Shown one piece after another: positions 36,884 to 46,537 of a stretch of DNA of 64,000 nucleotides (position 1 is its first letter; every line of letters begins with the position of its first letter). Origin of the DNA: Candidatus Zixiibacteriota bacterium (GTDB lineage Bacteria > RBG-13-66-14 > B26-G2 > WVWN01). Made by a program: the position numbers and the translations under genes. The stretch is taken from positions 1 through 64,000 of the forward strand of contig JASFLY010000013.1 in NCBI GenBank assembly GCA_050117845.1, written 5' to 3'. The notes below the pieces were generated by a model. It was given only the letters and a program-made list of their open reading frames with translations. It was not told the origin of the DNA and made no database searches.

Positions 36884-38551
36884 ATGCCTACCGACCTCGA
36901 TATCGCCCGCGCCGCGACCATGCGGCCCATCGTCGAAATAGCCGCCGAACTCGGCCTGACCGAGGACGACCTAGAACTCTACGGGAAGTACAAGGCCAAG
37001 GTCAAACTGGAGGCGCTCGCCGCCCGGCGCGACAAGCTGAGCAAGCAGCTGGTGCTCGTGTCCGCCATCACGCCCACTCCCGCGGGGGAGGGCAAGACCA
37101 CCACCTCCATCGGCCTGGCGATGGGCCTGAACCGCCTGGGCGAACGGGCGTGCCTGGCCCTGCGCGAACCGAGCCTGGGGCCCGCTCTCGGCATGAAGGG
37201 CGGCGCGGCCGGCGGCGGCCACAGCCAGGTCCTGCCGATGCAGGACATCAACCTCCACTTCACGGGCGACATCCACGCCGTGGGCTCGGCGCACAACCTC
37301 CTTACGGCGATGGCCGACAACCACATCTACCGGCGCCTCGAGCCCCGCCTCGACCCACGCCGCGTGAAATGGGGCCGCGTGCTCGACGTCAACGACCGGG
37401 AACTCCGCGACATCGTCGTCGGCCTGGGGAACCCCACCGACGGCGTTCCCCACGAGTCCTTCTTCGACATCACCGCCGCCTCGGAAGTTATGGCGATACT
37501 CTGCCTGGCGGAGGACCTGGCGGACCTCAAGCGCCGCGTCGGCAACATCCTGGTCGGCTTCACGTACGACCGGGAGCCGGTGTTCGCCCGGGACCTCGGC
37601 GCCGCCGGCGCCATGACGGTTATCCTGCGCGACGCGCTACAGCCCAACCTCGTCCAGACCATAGAGGGAACGCCGGCCTTCGTCCACGGCGGCCCCTTCG
37701 CCAACATCGCCCAGGGGACCAACTCCGTCGTGGCGACGAAGATGGCGCTCGCCCTCTCCGACTGGTGCATCACCGAGGCCGGCTTCGGCTTCGACCTGGG
37801 CGCGGAGAAGTTCTTCGACATCAAGTGCACCTCGGCCGGCCTGGACACCGTGGCCGTCGTCCTGGTCGGGACGATCCGGGCGCTCAAGATGCACGGCGGC
37901 CGGTCCCTCAAGGAGTTGGCGGAACCGGACCCGGCGGCGGTCGAGCGGGGCCTGCCGAACCTCGCCAAGCACCTCGAGAGTATCTGCCAGTTCAAGGAGA
38001 CGCCGGTCGTAACCGTCAATAAATACTCGAGCGATACCGACGACGAGATAGCCGTGGTCCGCGAGTACTGCGAGGGGCGGGACGTCCCGTTCGCCGTCTG
38101 CGACGGCTGGGCCCGGGGCGGCGAGGGCGCTCTGGAACTGGCGGAGGCGGTGCGCGCCTCCGTGCCGGCCAACACGCCCTTCGAGCCGATGTACCGGCCC
38201 GAGGATTCCATCGAGGATAAGATATTCAAGGTCGCGAGCAAGGTCTACGGCGCCGAGGCGGTGGACTTCACGCCGCAGGCCAAGAAGGATATTCGGCGCA
38301 TCAAGAAACTCGGCTACGAGGGGTTCCCGGTGTGCATCGCCAAGACGCAGAAATCCCTCTCCGATAACCCGAAGCTCCTGGGCAGGCCGGAGGACTTTTT
38401 GGTCACCGTGCGCGGGATAATCATCAACGCCGGCGCCGGCTTCCTGGTGCCGCTGACGGGGGACATCATTAGGATGCCGGGCCTCCCGGCCGTCCCCGCG
38501 GCCACGCGGCTGGACGTGGACGAGAACGGCGACATCGTCGGCCTGGAATAG
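36884..38551 (+). CDS. fhs: Formate--tetrahydrofolate ligase
   Basis: TPTPAGEGKTT, REPSLGP, KGGAAGGG, HGGPFANIA, TEAGFG, AKTQ, MPGLP. Confidence 0.97.
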   Translation: MPTDLDIARAATMRPIVEIAAELGLTEDDLELYGKYKAKVKLEALAARRDKLSKQLVLVSAITPTPAGEGKTTTSIGLAMGLNRLGERACLALREPSLGPALGMKGGAAGGGHSQVLPMQDINLHFTGDIHAVGSAHNLLTAMADNHIYRRLEPRLDPRRVKWGRVLDVNDRELRDIVVGLGNPTDGVPHESFFDITAASEVMAILCLAEDLADLKRRVGNILVGFTYDREPVFARDLGAAGAMTVILRDALQPNLVQTIEGTPAFVHGGPFANIAQGTNSVVATKMALALSDWCITEAGFGFDLGAEKFFDIKCTSAGLDTVAVVLVGTIRALKMHGGRSLKELAEPDPAAVERGLPNLAKHLESICQFKETPVVTVNKYSSDTDDEIAVVREYCEGRDVPFAVCDGWARGGEGALELAEAVRASVPANTPFEPMYRPEDSIEDKIFKVASKVYGAEAVDFTPQAKKDIRRIKKLGYEGFPVCIAKTQKSLSDNPKLLGRPEDFLVTVRGIIINAGAGFLVPLTGDIIRMPGLPAVPAATRLDVDENGDIVGLE

Positions 38552-38582
38552 CGCCGGGTCGAACCTTCCCATTACCTATAAC

Positions 38583-38640
38583 GTAGCGGCGGCCTTTAAG
38601 GCCGCCGTAGCGTTACGGCCGGCATAAAGCCGGCCGCTTC
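38583..38640. repeat. REP-like inverted doublet
   Basis: GTAG-CGGCGGCC-TTTA-AGGCCGCCG followed by an inverted relative CGGCCGGC-ATAAA-GCCGGCCG-CTTC. Confidence 0.55.
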
Positions 38641-38750
38641 AGAGGGCGGTATTTTCGGGCGCCGCCGGTTGTTAAGACTCGGCGGCTTCCCATATGATTT
38701 AGGAAAATAATCCGGCGGGGTCGCCGGAAAAACCCATATGATTTCGGAAA

Positions 38751-38778
38751 AAAACCGCCCGAACGGGCGGCTTTTTTG
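38751..38778. terminator. Bidirectional terminator
   Basis: AAAACCGCCC-GAAC-GGGCGGCTTTTTT between fhs and the radical SAM gene. Confidence 0.75.
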
Positions 38779-38864
38779 GTAGCGAATAAACGGGAATGGA
38801 GCGAAATAAACCGCCGAGTTACTTAAAGTTGTTTATACGCATCGGCGCGTAACGGCCTCATATT

Positions 38865-40358
38865 TCAATCGCTGGGGTTCGCCCGGGTCGCCAACTCCTG
38901 CGGGGCGACGCGGGGGGAGTGGGCGCCGCAGCTCTCGGCGTCCGGTTCCTCCTGGCCCTCGGGCGTGGGGTAGAAGCCGAACTGCCGCATGGCCGCGAGT
39001 TTGGGCAGGACGTTATTTTCGAGGTCAATGTGGAAGAAGCCGGGGAAGACGTCGGCGTTGTCGACGATGAGGTCGAAGTAGCTGTTGTACTTGTCGGGCA
39101 GCGAGACCTCGCCGCCCACGCAGACCTCGTGGCCGGTGAAGACGAACTCCGGAAAGAGGTAGGGGCAGAACTCGAGCGTCGTCTTGGCGGCCCATTCCTC
39201 GTAGATGGGCGTCTGCGGCAGCAGCGACAGCAGGCTCGGGAGGATGCGCGCCCCCATCATTCGGAACGAGACCATCTGGAAGAGCGACTGGTGGAAGTCC
39301 TCCATCGTCTCGAACGGGAATCCCCACACGTAGAAGGCGTCGACGCGGGGGAAGATTTCTATCGCCTGCGGGATGAGGTCCAGCGTCTCCTGGGCCGTGA
39401 ATCCTTTCTTGATGAGCCCTAGGATGCGGTCGGAGCCGGACTCGATGCCGAAGCGCAACTCCAGGCAGCCGCTGTCGGCCATCGCCTTCATCATCTCCAC
39501 GTCGCAGAGGTTGACGCGGCCGAAGGCCTTCCAGTTGACGTCGAGGCCGGACCCCTCGAGTTCCCGGCAGAACTCCATGACCTGCTTCTTGCCCGAGACG
39601 AAGAACTCGTCCTGGAATAAAAAGAGGTCTACGCCCGCCTCCTCGTGCAGGACGCGCATCTCGTCCACGATGCTCTTCGCGCTGCGGGAGTAGCTCTCGT
39701 AGTTCCAGACGGGCGCCACCGAGCAAAAGGTGCAAGGGTAGGGGCAACCGCGGCTCGTCATCATGCCGTAGCCGGCGTACTCGCCGAGCTCTATCTTGTG
39801 GAAGGCGGGCAGGGGAATGCCGTCGAGGTCGGCCATGCGTTCCCGGTTCGGGTTGTGGACGACGCGGCCTTCGTCGCGGTAGGAGATGCCCGCCACGGCC
39901 GAGAGGTCTCCCCCGCGCGAGAGGGTCCCGACGAGCTCGGGGCCCGTGAGTTCCGCCTCGCCCCGGCAGACGACGTCCACCCACGGGAAGCGCGTCAATA
40001 CCTTGTCCTCCACCGACTTCGACCCCACGCCCCCCAGGACGAGCTTCCGGTCCGGGTAGCGCTCCCGCAGGGCCCGGAGGGCCATGAGGGAGAAGGGCAG
40101 GAGGTTGGCCATGCACGACAGGCCGATGACGGGCGCCGGGTCGTCCAGGTAGTCGAGGAAGACGTCCATGTCGAACGGGTCGTCCGACGGGCAGCGCTGG
40201 TAGTCGCGGAAGTCGACGTCGAAGCCGGCGTCCTCCAGCGCCGTGGTCAGGTAGAGCGGCCCGAGGGGGACGTGCAGTTCGCGCTCGACCTCCTCGCCGT
40301 AGCGGATAAAAAGCATGTTTAGATTTACGAGCGTGATGTCGCCGGGCATATCATTCAC
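38865..40358 (-). CDS. Cobalamin-binding (class B) radical SAM enzyme
   Basis: N-terminal B12-binding domain (PLGPLYL, IGLSC, LVLGG, VCRGEAE), SRGCPYPCTFC CxxxCxxC, FQDEFF, FGIESGSDRIL, GFPFET. Confidence 0.92.
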   Translation of the reverse strand: MNDMPGDITLVNLNMLFIRYGEEVERELHVPLGPLYLTTALEDAGFDVDFRDYQRCPSDDPFDMDVFLDYLDDPAPVIGLSCMANLLPFSLMALRALRERYPDRKLVLGGVGSKSVEDKVLTRFPWVDVVCRGEAELTGPELVGTLSRGGDLSAVAGISYRDEGRVVHNPNRERMADLDGIPLPAFHKIELGEYAGYGMMTSRGCPYPCTFCSVAPVWNYESYSRSAKSIVDEMRVLHEEAGVDLFLFQDEFFVSGKKQVMEFCRELEGSGLDVNWKAFGRVNLCDVEMMKAMADSGCLELRFGIESGSDRILGLIKKGFTAQETLDLIPQAIEIFPRVDAFYVWGFPFETMEDFHQSLFQMVSFRMMGARILPSLLSLLPQTPIYEEWAAKTTLEFCPYLFPEFVFTGHEVCVGGEVSLPDKYNSYFDLIVDNADVFPGFFHIDLENNVLPKLAAMRQFGFYPTPEGQEEPDAESCGAHSPRVAPQELATRANPSD

Positions 40359-41070
40359 CGGTTCCTTCGCTTGGTTTGTCGGGTTGTATCCCCACGCTGA
40401 GCGGTATTATCGGTTTGGGGTGGGGGTTGGACGCTTCTACTTCTATCGTGACGGCCGTCCGTTCTCCCGCTCGGACTTGTACGCCCGGCAAGGTTGCGAG
40501 GGCAAAATCGTCGCTGGGGCGGAACGCGTATAACTCGTAAGTTCCGGGGCGCAGGTTTCTAAAGCGGAAGCCGCCGTCTTTTCCGGGCCGGGCGTAAAAA
40601 TCGGTCCCCGCGATATTGACCCATACGTCGCTTCCGGGGCCGCCGGACGCGCCGACAACGACGCCGGTTATTACGCCGGTGTCATCGGCGATTTCCCCCG
40701 CAGGTATTTCCTCCGGGTTCGCGGGCTCCGGCGCCTCGCGGGAGATTTCCGGCGTTCCCGTTTCGGCCGCGCGTTCGTTTCCTTCTCCCTTGCACCCGGA
40801 GGCCGCCGTCCCCATCGCCGCGAGCATTGCCGTAGCGGTCGCGCCGAGTAGTACGGGCCGCAGGCTCGGCCTCACCTTCGTACGAGCTATTATTGCTTTA
40901 AGCTGTTCCTCGGGCACGGCGCCCAGCAACGCCGCCTCGGCCGGCGTCAACGCGAGCGCGACGTCGTCGGCCGCGCCGGCACGTTTCGCCAGTAACGCTT
41001 TCCTGAAGGCCGGGTCCACCGCGGCCTTCTTGATTAATACCTCTATATTTCGGGACAACGGCGCCGCCAT
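40351..41070 (-). CDS. NHLP-like leader protein 12: lipoprotein, carboxypeptidase-regulatory-like domain
   Basis: EVLIKKAAVDPAF leader, AASGC lipobox, GVITGVV...GTYEL, terminal GIQPDKP. Confidence 0.85.
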   Translation of the reverse strand: MAAPLSRNIEVLIKKAAVDPAFRKALLAKRAGAADDVALALTPAEAALLGAVPEEQLKAIIARTKVRPSLRPVLLGATATAMLAAMGTAASGCKGEGNERAAETGTPEISREAPEPANPEEIPAGEIADDTGVITGVVVGASGGPGSDVWVNIAGTDFYARPGKDGGFRFRNLRPGTYELYAFRPSDDFALATLPGVQVRAGERTAVTIEVEASNPHPKPIIPLSVGIQPDKPSEGTGE

Positions 41071-41071
41071 G

Positions 41072-41779
41072 TCATTCGCCTCTCTCGTCGGGCCAGTCCG
41101 GCAGGATACCTGCCGGTACTGGTCTGAGGCGGATTTCGTCTTTTGTATTTAGCTCCAACGAAACTTCCGTTTTTACCCCAACTTCCGCTTCGATCCGGGA
41201 ACGGTTTAAAGGCGCATAACCGTCCACGTCGAAAATGAGAGTGTAGGTGCCGGGGAGAACGGGGGAGAGGACGTAGAAGCCGCGGCTATTCGTAACCGTT
41301 TCCTGGCCGGTCTCGTCAATTATGACCTCGGCGTTAACGAACGGCTTGCCGAACTCGTTGATGACGCGGCCGTAGATGACGCCGGCGTCCTCGGGTGTGT
41401 CGATATCGTCGGCGTTGTCGATATCGTTATCTAAGGGCGCGTCCGGGATATCGGGCCCGGGGTCAATGCCGGTGACGATTAGCTCCCATTTATTCTCATC
41501 CTCGCCGTACGCCCCGGCGGTCAATGCCGCGAGCATCGCCGTAGCGGTCGCGCCGAGCAGTACGGGCCTCAGGCTCGGCCTTACCTTCGTACGAGCTATA
41601 ATTGCTTTAAGATGTTCCTCTGGCACGACGCCCAGCAACGCCGCCTCGGCGGCCGTTAGCGTAAGCGCGACTTCCTCGGCCGCGCCGGCACGTTTCGCCA
41701 GCAACGTCTTCCTGAAGGCCGGGTCCACCGCGGCTTTCTTGATCAATACCTCGATATTTCGGGACAGCGGGGCCGCCAT
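41072..41779 (-). CDS. NHLP-like leader protein 11: carboxypeptidase-regulatory-like domain
   Basis: Leader, AYG cleavage-like site, GIDPG, GVIYGRV...PGTYTL, terminal GILPDWP. Confidence 0.85.
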   Translation of the reverse strand: MAAPLSRNIEVLIKKAAVDPAFRKTLLAKRAGAAEEVALTLTAAEAALLGVVPEEHLKAIIARTKVRPSLRPVLLGATATAMLAALTAGAYGEDENKWELIVTGIDPGPDIPDAPLDNDIDNADDIDTPEDAGVIYGRVINEFGKPFVNAEVIIDETGQETVTNSRGFYVLSPVLPGTYTLIFDVDGYAPLNRSRIEAEVGVKTEVSLELNTKDEIRLRPVPAGILPDWPDERGE

Positions 41780-41780
41780 G

Positions 41781-42488
41781 TCATTCGCCCTCTCCGTCGG
41801 GCCGGTCGGGCCGGATGCCGGTTCCCATGCCGCTACCGTAAAGCTCTATGCCGGGTTGAATGTATACCTGCAACGAAACGTCGGTTTTCATCCCTTCCCG
41901 GACTTCGACGTCTTTTTGTTTTTCCCTTTCCGCGCCCGGTACGTAGACGACGACGGTATATTTCCCCGGCGGAACGGGGGACACGACGTAATAGCCGTGG
42001 CGGTTCGTGATGGTGTCGATTTCCAACTCTTCGATTTGTACGGTTATAAATGGTACGGGCTCGCCGTCCTGGTCGCGGATGCAGCCGTAGATGAGGCCAG
42101 CCCCCTCCGGGACCTCGAGACCCTCCGGGCTGTCCATCGTATAGCTGTACGTTTCCGGCGGAACGCCGGGTTGGGCGCCGTAGCTTTTGACCGGTGCGTC
42201 GTCGACTTCGGCGGGAGTCGCCCGGGTCGCGAGGGCCGCGAGCATCGCCGCCGCCGCGTAACCGAGGAACACGGGACGGAGACCCGGGCTCACCCTGGTC
42301 CGGCCCACGATCGCTTTGAGCTGGTCCTCGGGCACGGCTTCGAGTATCGCCGCCTCGGCGGCCGTCAGCGTAAGCGCGATGTCGTCGGCCGCGCCGGCGC
42401 GCTTCTCGAGTAGCTTCTTCTTGAAGGCCGGGTCGACCGCGGCCTTGTGGATTAATACTTCGACGTTCCGGGGGGCCTCTCCGGGCAT
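41781..42488 (-). CDS. NHLP-like leader protein 10: carboxypeptidase-regulatory-like domain
   Basis: Leader, GAQPG, GLIYGCIRDQDGEPV...PPGKYTV, terminal GIRPDRP. Confidence 0.85.
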   Translation of the reverse strand: MPGEAPRNVEVLIHKAAVDPAFKKKLLEKRAGAADDIALTLTAAEAAILEAVPEDQLKAIVGRTRVSPGLRPVFLGYAAAAMLAALATRATPAEVDDAPVKSYGAQPGVPPETYSYTMDSPEGLEVPEGAGLIYGCIRDQDGEPVPFITVQIEELEIDTITNRHGYYVVSPVPPGKYTVVVYVPGAEREKQKDVEVREGMKTDVSLQVYIQPGIELYGSGMGTGIRPDRPDGEGE

Positions 42489-42489
42489 A

Positions 42490-43185
42490 TTATTCGCCTT
42501 TCTCTTCGGGGAGGTCGGGGCGGATTCCCGTTACGGGGTGTTCTCCGGGGCCGAGGATCAGTTTTACCGATACTTCGGTTTTCATCCCTTCCCGCACTTC
42601 GACGTGGGAGCGGGGCTCTTTCCCGTATCCGGACATCGCGAAGCTGAGGTCGTGGAAACCCGGGGGGACCGGCGTCAGGACATAGAAACCGTAGCGATTC
42701 GTTGCCGTCTCCATCCCCAGATCGACGATCGTTACGACTACGTTCGAAGCCGGGTCGCCGAACTCGTCGACGACGCGGCCGAAGATAACGCCGGCGTCGT
42801 CGGGTACGTCGATATCCGCGGGGTCGTTTATAGTACTGTCGTAAATCCGGGGAGGGATAATCGGGTCGGCGCCGAAATTAATAACGGTCTCCCGCTGACT
42901 CGCTTCCTCGCCGTACGCCGCGGCGGCCAGCGCCGCCAGCATCGCCCCGGCGGTCGCGCCGAGTAGTACGGGCCGCAGGTTCGGGCTCACCTTCGTCCGG
43001 CCTATGATGGTTTTTAGCTGTTCGTCGGACACGGCCTCGAGCATCGCGGCTTCCGCCGGCTCGAGCGCGAGCGCGATGTCGTCCGCGGCCCGGGCCCGTT
43101 TCGACAGGAGCGTTTCCTTGAACGCCGGATCCACGGCGGCCTTTTTGATCAGCACTTCGACGTTCCGGGGGATTTCGCGCCGCAT
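42490..43185 (-). CDS. NHLP-like leader protein 9: carboxypeptidase-regulatory-like domain
   Basis: Leader, GADP, GVIFGRVVDEFGDP, terminal GIRPDLP. Confidence 0.85.
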   Translation of the reverse strand: MRREIPRNVEVLIKKAAVDPAFKETLLSKRARAADDIALALEPAEAAMLEAVSDEQLKTIIGRTKVSPNLRPVLLGATAGAMLAALAAAAYGEEASQRETVINFGADPIIPPRIYDSTINDPADIDVPDDAGVIFGRVVDEFGDPASNVVVTIVDLGMETATNRYGFYVLTPVPPGFHDLSFAMSGYGKEPRSHVEVREGMKTEVSVKLILGPGEHPVTGIRPDLPEEKGE

Positions 43186-43186
43186 A

Positions 43187-43735
43187 TTATTTACCTTTCT
43201 CTTCCGGCACGTCGGGCCGAATGCCGGTTTCTATGTCCATGGTCGATGGGTAGGGTTCGACCGTCGCGGCCGTTTCGGCCGAGGCCTCTTCTGAATACGG
43301 GTCGTCGGGATAATCGGGGTCGATTCCCCGGTCTATCGGGTCCTCCTCGGGCCGCGGGGGCTTGCACCCGGAAGCGGCCAGAGCCGCCAGCATAGCGGCC
43401 GCCACGGCTCCCAGGAACGCTGGCCGCAGGCTCGGGCTCACCTTCGTCCGGCCTATGATGGCCCGGAGCTGGTCCTCGGGGACGGCGCCCAGCATCGCGG
43501 CCTCGGCCGGCTCGAGCGATAGGCCGATGTCTTCGGCCGCCCGGGCCCGTTTGGATAATAATACCTTTTTGAACGCCGGGTCCACCGCCGCCTTCTTCAC
43601 CAGGACCTCGACGCCGCGCGGGACTTCGCCCATGCTGCGGCCCGAGCGCGGCGGTTGGCCGCCGACTATCGTCGTCTTCACGACCTCCGGCTCTCCGGGT
43701 CGGGCCATCTTCACTCTATCGGTGTGTTCGCTCAT
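43187..43735 (-). CDS. NHLP-like leader protein 8: short lipopeptide-like cargo
   Basis: TTIVGGQPP extension, leader, LAASGC lipobox, GIDPDYP and GIRPDVP. Confidence 0.85.
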   Translation of the reverse strand: MSEHTDRVKMARPGEPEVVKTTIVGGQPPRSGRSMGEVPRGVEVLVKKAAVDPAFKKVLLSKRARAAEDIGLSLEPAEAAMLGAVPEDQLRAIIGRTKVSPSLRPAFLGAVAAAMLAALAASGCKPPRPEEDPIDRGIDPDYPDDPYSEEASAETAATVEPYPSTMDIETGIRPDVPEEKGK

Positions 43736-43745
43736 GCTTCCTCCG

Positions 43746-44477
43746 TTAAGGCCTGTCGGGTCGGATGCCGTCGATGGCCGGGCTGCGGTTCGGCGACCCG
43801 GCGCCGTCTTCCTTTTTCACCAGTACAAAGGTAACGCTGGTTTTGTAGTCTTTCAAGATATATATGTTCTCCTGGATGTCGGCTTCGTACCCCGGTTTCG
43901 ACGCTTTAACCGACCAACACCCGAGCCGTACGTTTTCTATTTCGTATTCTCCGGCGGCGTTGGTGGTGGTAGATTTATCGCCTTCCATCGTGCTGACCGT
44001 AATTTTTACGTTACTAATAGGCCGGTTTTCGGAGTTCAGGACGCGGCCGAATAATACGCTATATTCCGCTTCCAGGTCCATATCTTCCGGTGCGACGTTA
44101 GGATCTCGACTGGGCGGAGCGCCAGGGGGACGGATGGCGTCCGGCGGGATGCTGCCTGGCGAAATGCCGTAAGTCTTCTCACCGGCCCGCCCGGAGGCCG
44201 GCGTTATAACTGTAGTCCCTATCGCCGCCAACATCGCCGTCGCCGCGGACCCCAGGAAAGCGGGCCGCAGGCCCGGCTTGACCTTAGTCCGGTTTATTAT
44301 AGCGCGGAGTTGGTCCTCGGGGACGGCATTTATCACCGCGGCCTCGGCCGGCTCGAGCGCAAGGCCGATGTCTTCGGCCGCCCGGGCCCGCTTGGATAAT
44401 AATACCTTTTTGAAGGCCGGGTCAACCGCGGCTTTTTTTATCAGGACCTCAACGTTACGGGGAATCTCCCTCGACAT
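43746..44477 (-). CDS. NHLP-like leader protein 7: carboxypeptidase-regulatory-like domain
   Basis: Leader, GISPG, GRVLNSENRPISNVKI...ASKPGY, ends GIRPDRP-stop. Confidence 0.85.
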   Translation of the reverse strand: MSREIPRNVEVLIKKAAVDPAFKKVLLSKRARAAEDIGLALEPAEAAVINAVPEDQLRAIINRTKVKPGLRPAFLGSAATAMLAAIGTTVITPASGRAGEKTYGISPGSIPPDAIRPPGAPPSRDPNVAPEDMDLEAEYSVLFGRVLNSENRPISNVKITVSTMEGDKSTTTNAAGEYEIENVRLGCWSVKASKPGYEADIQENIYILKDYKTSVTFVLVKKEDGAGSPNRSPAIDGIRPDRP

Positions 44478-45291
44478 ATAACTTGCCTTTCTTCGGCGGT
44501 AAATCGGGCCGGATGCCTAATCCGCCGGCACACGGGTCAGGCGACCGGCTGCCATCCTCTATCTGCACCCAGACGGGCGTACGTTCGCCGGCAATTACTT
44601 CTATGCCCTCGTAAAAGGCGATTTCCTCGTTCGTGTAAGGGTCGGCGACGATTAGATTATACTCGCCGGGCGCGACTTGGTTGAATACGAAGTCACCTTT
44701 TTCGCCGGGGATGGCGTACGCGTCGCTCCCCTCGAGGGTGACGACGACGTCTGTAACCGGGAAATCCTCCGGGACGTACACGACGCCCGTAATGACGCCC
44801 CTATCGGCCGGGATTTCGCCGGTCGGTATCTCTTCCGGGTCCGCCCGATGTCGCTCTTCTATGACGGCGACCGTATGTCCCTTGACTAAATCTATGTCGC
44901 GACGTTCGGCCGCCTTTTTCGAACAGGACGTACCGATTCCCAGCGCCGCCAGCATCGCCGTCGCGGCGTAACCGAGGAATGCGGGCCTAAGCTTCGGGCT
45001 TACGCGCGTGTGGGCGATTATCCCCTCGAGTTGGGCGAGAGGGACGGCCGCCAGCATCGCGGCTTCTTCGGGGGTAAGCTTGAGGCCGATTGACTGCGCG
45101 GCCTCGGCACGTTTTTCGAGTAGCATATCCCTGAAGGCCGGGTCCACCGCGGCCTTCTTGACCAGGACCTCGATGCCCCGCGGAATGGCCCGGGGTATCG
45201 CCGCCGCTTCGGGCGGCCGGCCGCCCACAATCGTCGTCCGGGCGGCATCGGGGCCGGCCTTGTCGCGGCGCCGGGGACCGTCGTCTCCCAT
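44455..45291 (-). CDS. NHLP-like leader protein 6: probable lipoprotein, carboxypeptidase-regulatory-like domain
   Basis: TTIVGGRPP extension, leader, GTSC, GVITGVVY...APGEYNL, GIRPDLP. Confidence 0.85.
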   Translation of the reverse strand: MGDDGPRRRDKAGPDAARTTIVGGRPPEAAAIPRAIPRGIEVLVKKAAVDPAFRDMLLEKRAEAAQSIGLKLTPEEAAMLAAVPLAQLEGIIAHTRVSPKLRPAFLGYAATAMLAALGIGTSCSKKAAERRDIDLVKGHTVAVIEERHRADPEEIPTGEIPADRGVITGVVYVPEDFPVTDVVVTLEGSDAYAIPGEKGDFVFNQVAPGEYNLIVADPYTNEEIAFYEGIEVIAGERTPVWVQIEDGSRSPDPCAGGLGIRPDLPPKKGKLYVEGDSP

Positions 45292-45345
45292 TACAATCTC
45301 CCTTACGCTATTCCCTCAAATGAACAAATATCGTTTAACGTAAAT

Positions 45346-45374
45346 ATTATATACGTATTTTGGACACGGTGCAA
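45346..45374 (-). promoter_or_regulatory. sigma70-like promoter for the second leader-array unit and radical SAM gene
   Basis: TTGCAC-17bp-TATAAT. Confidence 0.65.
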
Positions 45375-45518
45375 AGCCGGCGGTTTTAATCCTAATATCC
45401 GATGCACGATTTAAAGCCGGCCGCGCTCATGTTCGGCTATATGGGGCCGCGGCGCATCCAGCGGTATCTCAATGTGATATGCGGCCATATTAAAGTATAT
45501 TATTAACTACGTCGGGCG

Positions 45519-46484
45519 CTATTCCCGGCCTTTCCCGGAATCCGCGAGGGACGTTAAATCCTCCGGGTAGGGCGAGAAAAAGGTCTGGTTCTCCAAATAC
45601 CCTTCGCCGAAGCGGACGACGTATCCCCGCAGGACATTCAGCGGTACGCTGAGGGGGACCCGTTTCGCCCGGAATCGCTCGAGCGCGTCCAGGAAGAACG
45701 CCTTTTCCTCGCGGCCGAGTTTATCCTTGAAGTAACCCAGGCCGTGCGTGAGGACGTTGACGTTCGATTGATAACGGGGCGGCCGGGCCAAAGCCGCCGT
45801 AAAGCCGTCCTCGTACGCCGCGAGCGTTTCCGATAAGGGCCCTCGGCCCGCCGCCGCAACGACGCGGCCTAGTTCGCGCATCCGCGTTTGGTTGTATGCC
45901 ATCAGAAGGAACTTGTTGGCGGCGTGGAACGCGACGACGTCTTTCGCCTTTCCTTTTTCTCTCAGTTCGCGGAAGGACGCCAACGCGAATAACTTCGTAA
46001 GGAAGTGTTCCCGCAGCCGCGCGTTCTTGAGGCGGCCTTCGTCCTCGAACGCCAGCCGGCCGAAGCGCTCCAGGGCCGCCCCGCCGAAGAAACCCGCCCC
46101 CTTGCCGGAGGGCGCGGCTCCCTCGGCGGCCGGATATATCTTGACGTCCTTGATGCCGGAGCTGGGGGAGCGGCTCTTGAGGATGAAGCCGTCGACGGGG
46201 CCAAGGACGTCCAGAAACGACGCCGCGAAGGTCTCCATCTTCGCTGTGAGGTCGGCTCCCGTCGCCGGTTGCACCAGCCGCCGCTTGCCGCCGGCCTCGA
46301 CGACGCGGACCGTTTCCCGGGGGACCCCCAGGCCAATCTCGACCTCGGGGCAAACGGGTATGAATTTAACGTGGGGTTTGAGCGCGGCGACGAATTCGTC
46401 GTTGACGATCGACCCGTCGTAGCGGACGGCGTCGAAGCCGAGGCAACGGCTGACGACTACCGTGGGTTTGGCGAATTCCCTCAT
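45519..46484 (-). CDS. DUF523-DUF1722 (YbgA / 2-thiouracil desulfidase-like) protein
   Basis: SRCLG..VRYDG, PVCPEVEIGLGVPRE, ILKSRSPS, EDEGRL, FHAANKFLLMA, NVLTHGLGYFK, YLENQ..PYP. Confidence 0.9.
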   Translation of the reverse strand: MREFAKPTVVVSRCLGFDAVRYDGSIVNDEFVAALKPHVKFIPVCPEVEIGLGVPRETVRVVEAGGKRRLVQPATGADLTAKMETFAASFLDVLGPVDGFILKSRSPSSGIKDVKIYPAAEGAAPSGKGAGFFGGAALERFGRLAFEDEGRLKNARLREHFLTKLFALASFRELREKGKAKDVVAFHAANKFLLMAYNQTRMRELGRVVAAAGRGPLSETLAAYEDGFTAALARPPRYQSNVNVLTHGLGYFKDKLGREEKAFFLDALERFRAKRVPLSVPLNVLRGYVVRFGEGYLENQTFFSPYPEDLTSLADSGKGRE

Positions 46485-46537
46485 GCGGAGCCGGGTCCCC
46501 CCGGCGACGGCGCTATCCCGCGGCCCGGGCACTGCCC

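Noticed and set aside
36884..38551. fhs as part of the radical SAM system (methyl supply)
   Set aside because: It is convergently transcribed with terminators between, and class B enzymes take methyl groups from SAM; no evidence of linkage.
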